A stretch of 64,000 nucleotides of DNA from an uncultured Acidobacteriota bacterium (GTDB lineage Bacteria > Acidobacteriota > Polarisedimenticolia > J045), in contig CAVPCQ010000018.1 of assembly GCA_963702425.1 (NCBI GenBank), positions 64,001 to 128,000 of the forward strand. The letters are read 5' to 3'. Below the pieces are notes generated by a model that was not told the DNA's origin, made no database searches, and saw only the letters and a list, made by a program, of their open reading frames with translations. The translations under genes were made by a program, and so were the position numbers. This document shows, in pieces, positions 61,190-64,000 of the stretch (positions are counted from its first letter, which is position 1; the number at the start of each line of letters is the position of its first letter).

Positions 61190-61633
61190 TCATTCCACCG
61201 TTCCCTCGGCCGTCACGCGGCCGTCCTCGTCCTCGATGCGGTAGCGCCAGGTGTACTTCGGTTCGGCGAGCATCGCCGTGACCGAGCAGTAGCGGTCGCG
61301 CGACAGGCGGATCGCGTCCTCGACCGCCTTCGCCGGGACACCCCGGCCGCGGACGGTGTAGAGCACGTCGAAGGAGGTGTAGACCTTCGGGAACGGGTTC
61401 TCCCGTCGGACCCCGTCGACCGCGATCGTCAGCGCCGTCACCTCGGCGTGCATCTTCTCCAGGATCCCTACCACGTCGATTCCGCTGCACGCCCCGAGGG
61501 CGGGCAGCAGCAGTTCCATCGGGGTCGGCCCGGAGGCCTTGCCGTCGGGGCTGCTGTCGATGGCGAGACTGTGGCCTCCCACTTCGGCGTCGAAGCGGCG
61601 GTTTCCCTTCCAGGTCAAGGTCGCGCGTGGCAT
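61190..61633 (-). CDS. OsmC family protein
   Basis: [29 protein letters not shown]. Confidence 0.85.
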   Translation of the reverse strand: MPRATLTWKGNRRFDAEVGGHSLAIDSSPDGKASGPTPMELLLPALGACSGIDVVGILEKMHAEVTALTIAVDGVRRENPFPKVYTSFDVLYTVRGRGVPAKAVEDAIRLSRDRYCSVTAMLAEPKYTWRYRIEDEDGRVTAEGTVE

Positions 61634-61729
61634 GGTCATCCTCCCCCGGGACGCGAGAGGATAACGCCGAAGGGCCGAACGGTGAAACAATCGCGGGCCG
61701 GGGCGCCCCGCCCCCCAGGGAGAGACTCG

Positions 61730-62479
61730 ATGCTGCTGTCCGGAAGAACTGCCGTCGTGACCGGGGCCAGCCGTGGGATCGGCGCGGCCACCGCGAGGGA
61801 GCTGGCGCGCCACGGGGCGACCGTGGGGGTGAACTACTTCAGGTCCGAGGCGGCCGCGCGCCAGGTGATCGCCGAGATCTCGGAAGAGGGGGGCCGGGCG
61901 GTGCCGCTGCCGGCTGACGTGCGCGACCCGGTCCAGGTGGAAGCGATGGCCCGGGCCGCCGAGCAGGCACTCGGTCCGATCGACACGCTGGTTCTCAACG
62001 CCGCGATCGGCTTTCCCATGGTGCCGTTCGTCGAGATCGGCTGGGAGGACTTCGAGGCCAAGCTGGTCGGGGAGCTGAAGGCGGCCTTCGTCTGCTGCAA
62101 GGCCTTCGTGCCGGGGATGCAGGCGATCCACCGCGGCTGCATCATCGCGATCTCGAGCGGCCTCTCGCGCACGCCGGGGTACGGGTTCTGCGCCCACTCG
62201 ACGGCGAAGTCGGGGCTCGACGCGTTCGCCCGGTCGCTGGCGCTCGAGCTGGGGCCGATGGGGATTCGCGTCAACGTGATCGCCCCCGGCCTGACCGTCA
62301 CCGACGCCACGACCGAGATCGTCGAGCGGCACGGGGCGGCGGTCGCGAAGCAGACGCCGCTGGGGCGGATCGCGATTCCCGAGGACGTCGCCGGCGCGGT
62401 GGCGCTCCTGGCCAGCGACGAGGCGCGATTCGTGACCGGGGCGTACCTGTCGACGGCGGGGGGGATCCAGATCCTTTAA
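61730..62479 (+). CDS. SDR family oxidoreductase
   Basis: TGASRGIG, LNA, GIRVNVIAPG. The catalytic motif reads HSTAK. Confidence 0.9.
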   Translation: MLLSGRTAVVTGASRGIGAATARELARHGATVGVNYFRSEAAARQVIAEISEEGGRAVPLPADVRDPVQVEAMARAAEQALGPIDTLVLNAAIGFPMVPFVEIGWEDFEAKLVGELKAAFVCCKAFVPGMQAIHRGCIIAISSGLSRTPGYGFCAHSTAKSGLDAFARSLALELGPMGIRVNVIAPGLTVTDATTEIVERHGAAVAKQTPLGRIAIPEDVAGAVALLASDEARFVTGAYLSTAGGIQIL

Positions 62480-62518
62480 CTCCGGCCGGGCCGGCCTGCG
62501 CGCCGGCCGGCGCGGGCG

Positions 62519-64000
62519 TTACGGGCAGCGGTGCGCGTGCGGCCGCATCGCGGCGCCGCTGTCCTGTCCCAGCGCCGACTCCGCGAGCGGCACCTTCTGC
62601 CCGGGGACCTGCCCGTCCTCGTAGAGCCGGTACGCGGTCGCAAGGTAGAAGACGAGCGCGCCCGGCGCCGGGACGTACGCGTCGCCGATCGTGGCGCTGC
62701 CGTTCGCCTCGGCGACGCCGCAGAAGCGCGCGGCCGCCGGGACGGCGGCGGGATCCTGCGTGTACTCGCCGGTCGCGCGGAAGCGCGCCCAGTCGGAGCG
62801 GTAGAGGTCGAAGCGGTCGCGGGCCAGCGCGTCGTCGACGCGGAGCGCGTCGCGGCCGGCGAAGGCCAGCGCGATCCGGTCGGGGCGCGGCGCGATCACG
62901 AAAGGGCCGCTCACTGCGCTCGCCGACCCGCCGGCGGTCGAGACGGTCACGCGCAGTCGGAAGTCGTCGCCGCGCGCGGCCGGGACGCGCCACTGGAAGC
63001 GCCCGGTGTCGGGAAGAGCGTCGGCGACGATCGTCCACGGCCCGCCCGGGCCGGCGGTGGAGAGTTCGATCCGGACGCGCGACGGCACGCCGCCCGGGAC
63101 GGCCGACGCCCACTCCGCGAACGACGCGCTCCCGGCGAGCAGCCGGCGGTGCGGACCGGGACGGACGACGCGCACGGCGAGCGCGGCCGGTGTGGACGTC
63201 TCGCGGTAGCAGCGCACCCTGTTGCGCACGTTGAACGTGTCGATCTTCTGGGTCGTGGCGACGACGATGTCGGGCCGGCCGTTACGGTCGACGTCGCCGC
63301 CGGTGCGCAGCGCGTTGGCGTTCCCCGGTGTCTCCGGGAGGGTGACCTCCGTGGCGAGCGACCAGGCCGTCCCCGCCCCGTTGCCGGTGACGACGCGCAG
63401 CCTTCGCGTGCCGAGCGTGACCAGGTCGACGGCGCCGTCGCCGTCCATGTCGGAGAGCGCGGTCCGCTCGCAGCGGGCGTCGGTCGGCAGCCCCGTCGAC
63501 GCGGCGATCCACTGCCCGCCGGCGCGCCAGAGCCAGACCTGCGGGTTGCTGGTTGCGTCGCACCAGACGACGTCATCGTGGCCGTCGCCGTCGACGTCCC
63601 CCAGGCTCACCCCCTTTCGGCTGCCCCAGCCGCCGACCGGCGGCAGCGTTCCGTCGGCGGCGACGTAGAATCCTTCGCCGTCGCCGAGCCAGGCCGTCCC
63701 CTCCTCCTTCGAGACGCCGATGTCCGGCACGCCGTCGCCGTCGATCTCGCCGAAGCCGAGGACGTTCCCGGAGTTCCCCCCGATGAAGCCGAAGCTGCGG
63801 CGCCAGCGGCCGTTCCCGTCGTTGAGGTAGACGTGCAGCCCGTCCGACGCGCCGAAGCCGCCCGACCCGACGTCGAGCGAGCCGTCGGCGTCGACGTCGG
63901 CGAGGTCGGTCGAGAACATCCCCCAGCTCTGCCCCTCCAGCGCGAGGCCGTCGTCCCATGGCGTCCAGCCGACGCCGGTGCCGTCGCCGAGCGCGGCCTC
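62519..64000 (-). CDS. FG-GAP/VCBS repeat protein, C-terminal part, with Cys-containing C-terminal domain
   Basis: Repeated D.D.DG..D motifs, an Ig-like segment and a terminal domain ending HRCP. The 5' end lies outside the window. Confidence 0.82.
   Translation of the reverse strand, partial: EAALGDGTGVGWTPWDDGLALEGQSWGMFSTDLADVDADGSLDVGSGGFGASDGLHVYLNDGNGRWRRSFGFIGGNSGNVLGFGEIDGDGVPDIGVSKEEGTAWLGDGEGFYVAADGTLPPVGGWGSRKGVSLGDVDGDGHDDVVWCDATSNPQVWLWRAGGQWIAASTGLPTDARCERTALSDMDGDGAVDLVTLGTRRLRVVTGNGAGTAWSLATEVTLPETPGNANALRTGGDVDRNGRPDIVVATTQKIDTFNVRNRVRCYRETSTPAALAVRVVRPGPHRRLLAGSASFAEWASAVPGGVPSRVRIELSTAGPGGPWTIVADALPDTGRFQWRVPAARGDDFRLRVTVSTAGGSASAVSGPFVIAPRPDRIALAFAGRDALRVDDALARDRFDLYRSDWARFRATGEYTQDPAAVPAAARFCGVAEANGSATIGDAYVPAPGALVFYLATAYRLYEDGQVPGQKVPLAESALGQDSGAAMRPHAHRCP

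Overview
Very GC-rich bacterial chromosomal window. The gene set (Oar-type TonB receptor, several sigma-54 activators, large secreted repeat proteins) suggests Acidobacteriota, but this is inference only. It holds about 50 mostly housekeeping or metabolic CDSs, including pgi, glnA, mutM, rfbB-rfbA-rfbC, tsaD, mtnA, a methylmalonyl-CoA mutase subunit and a LarA-family enzyme. It also holds a tandem pair of histone H1-like genes, a ~15 kb GntR-linked peptide/isopeptide utilisation locus, and a ~3.5 kb patch of decayed accessory DNA (RHS, aroC, AbiEii, IS and VapB remnants). No tRNA, rRNA or CRISPR array was seen. The most notable signals are not in the ORF track. (1) Three sigma-54 promoters each have an upstream palindromic enhancer and an IHF or IHF-like site. 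They point at a 71-aa unknown protein, a ~51-nt candidate sRNA and a ~200-nt structured candidate ncRNA. (2) Two unrelated, probably exported repeat proteins share a Cys-containing C-terminal domain, a candidate sorting or anchoring signal. Four +1 frameshifts in three genes look like sequencing errors. All calls come from reading the sequence by eye; no searches were run.
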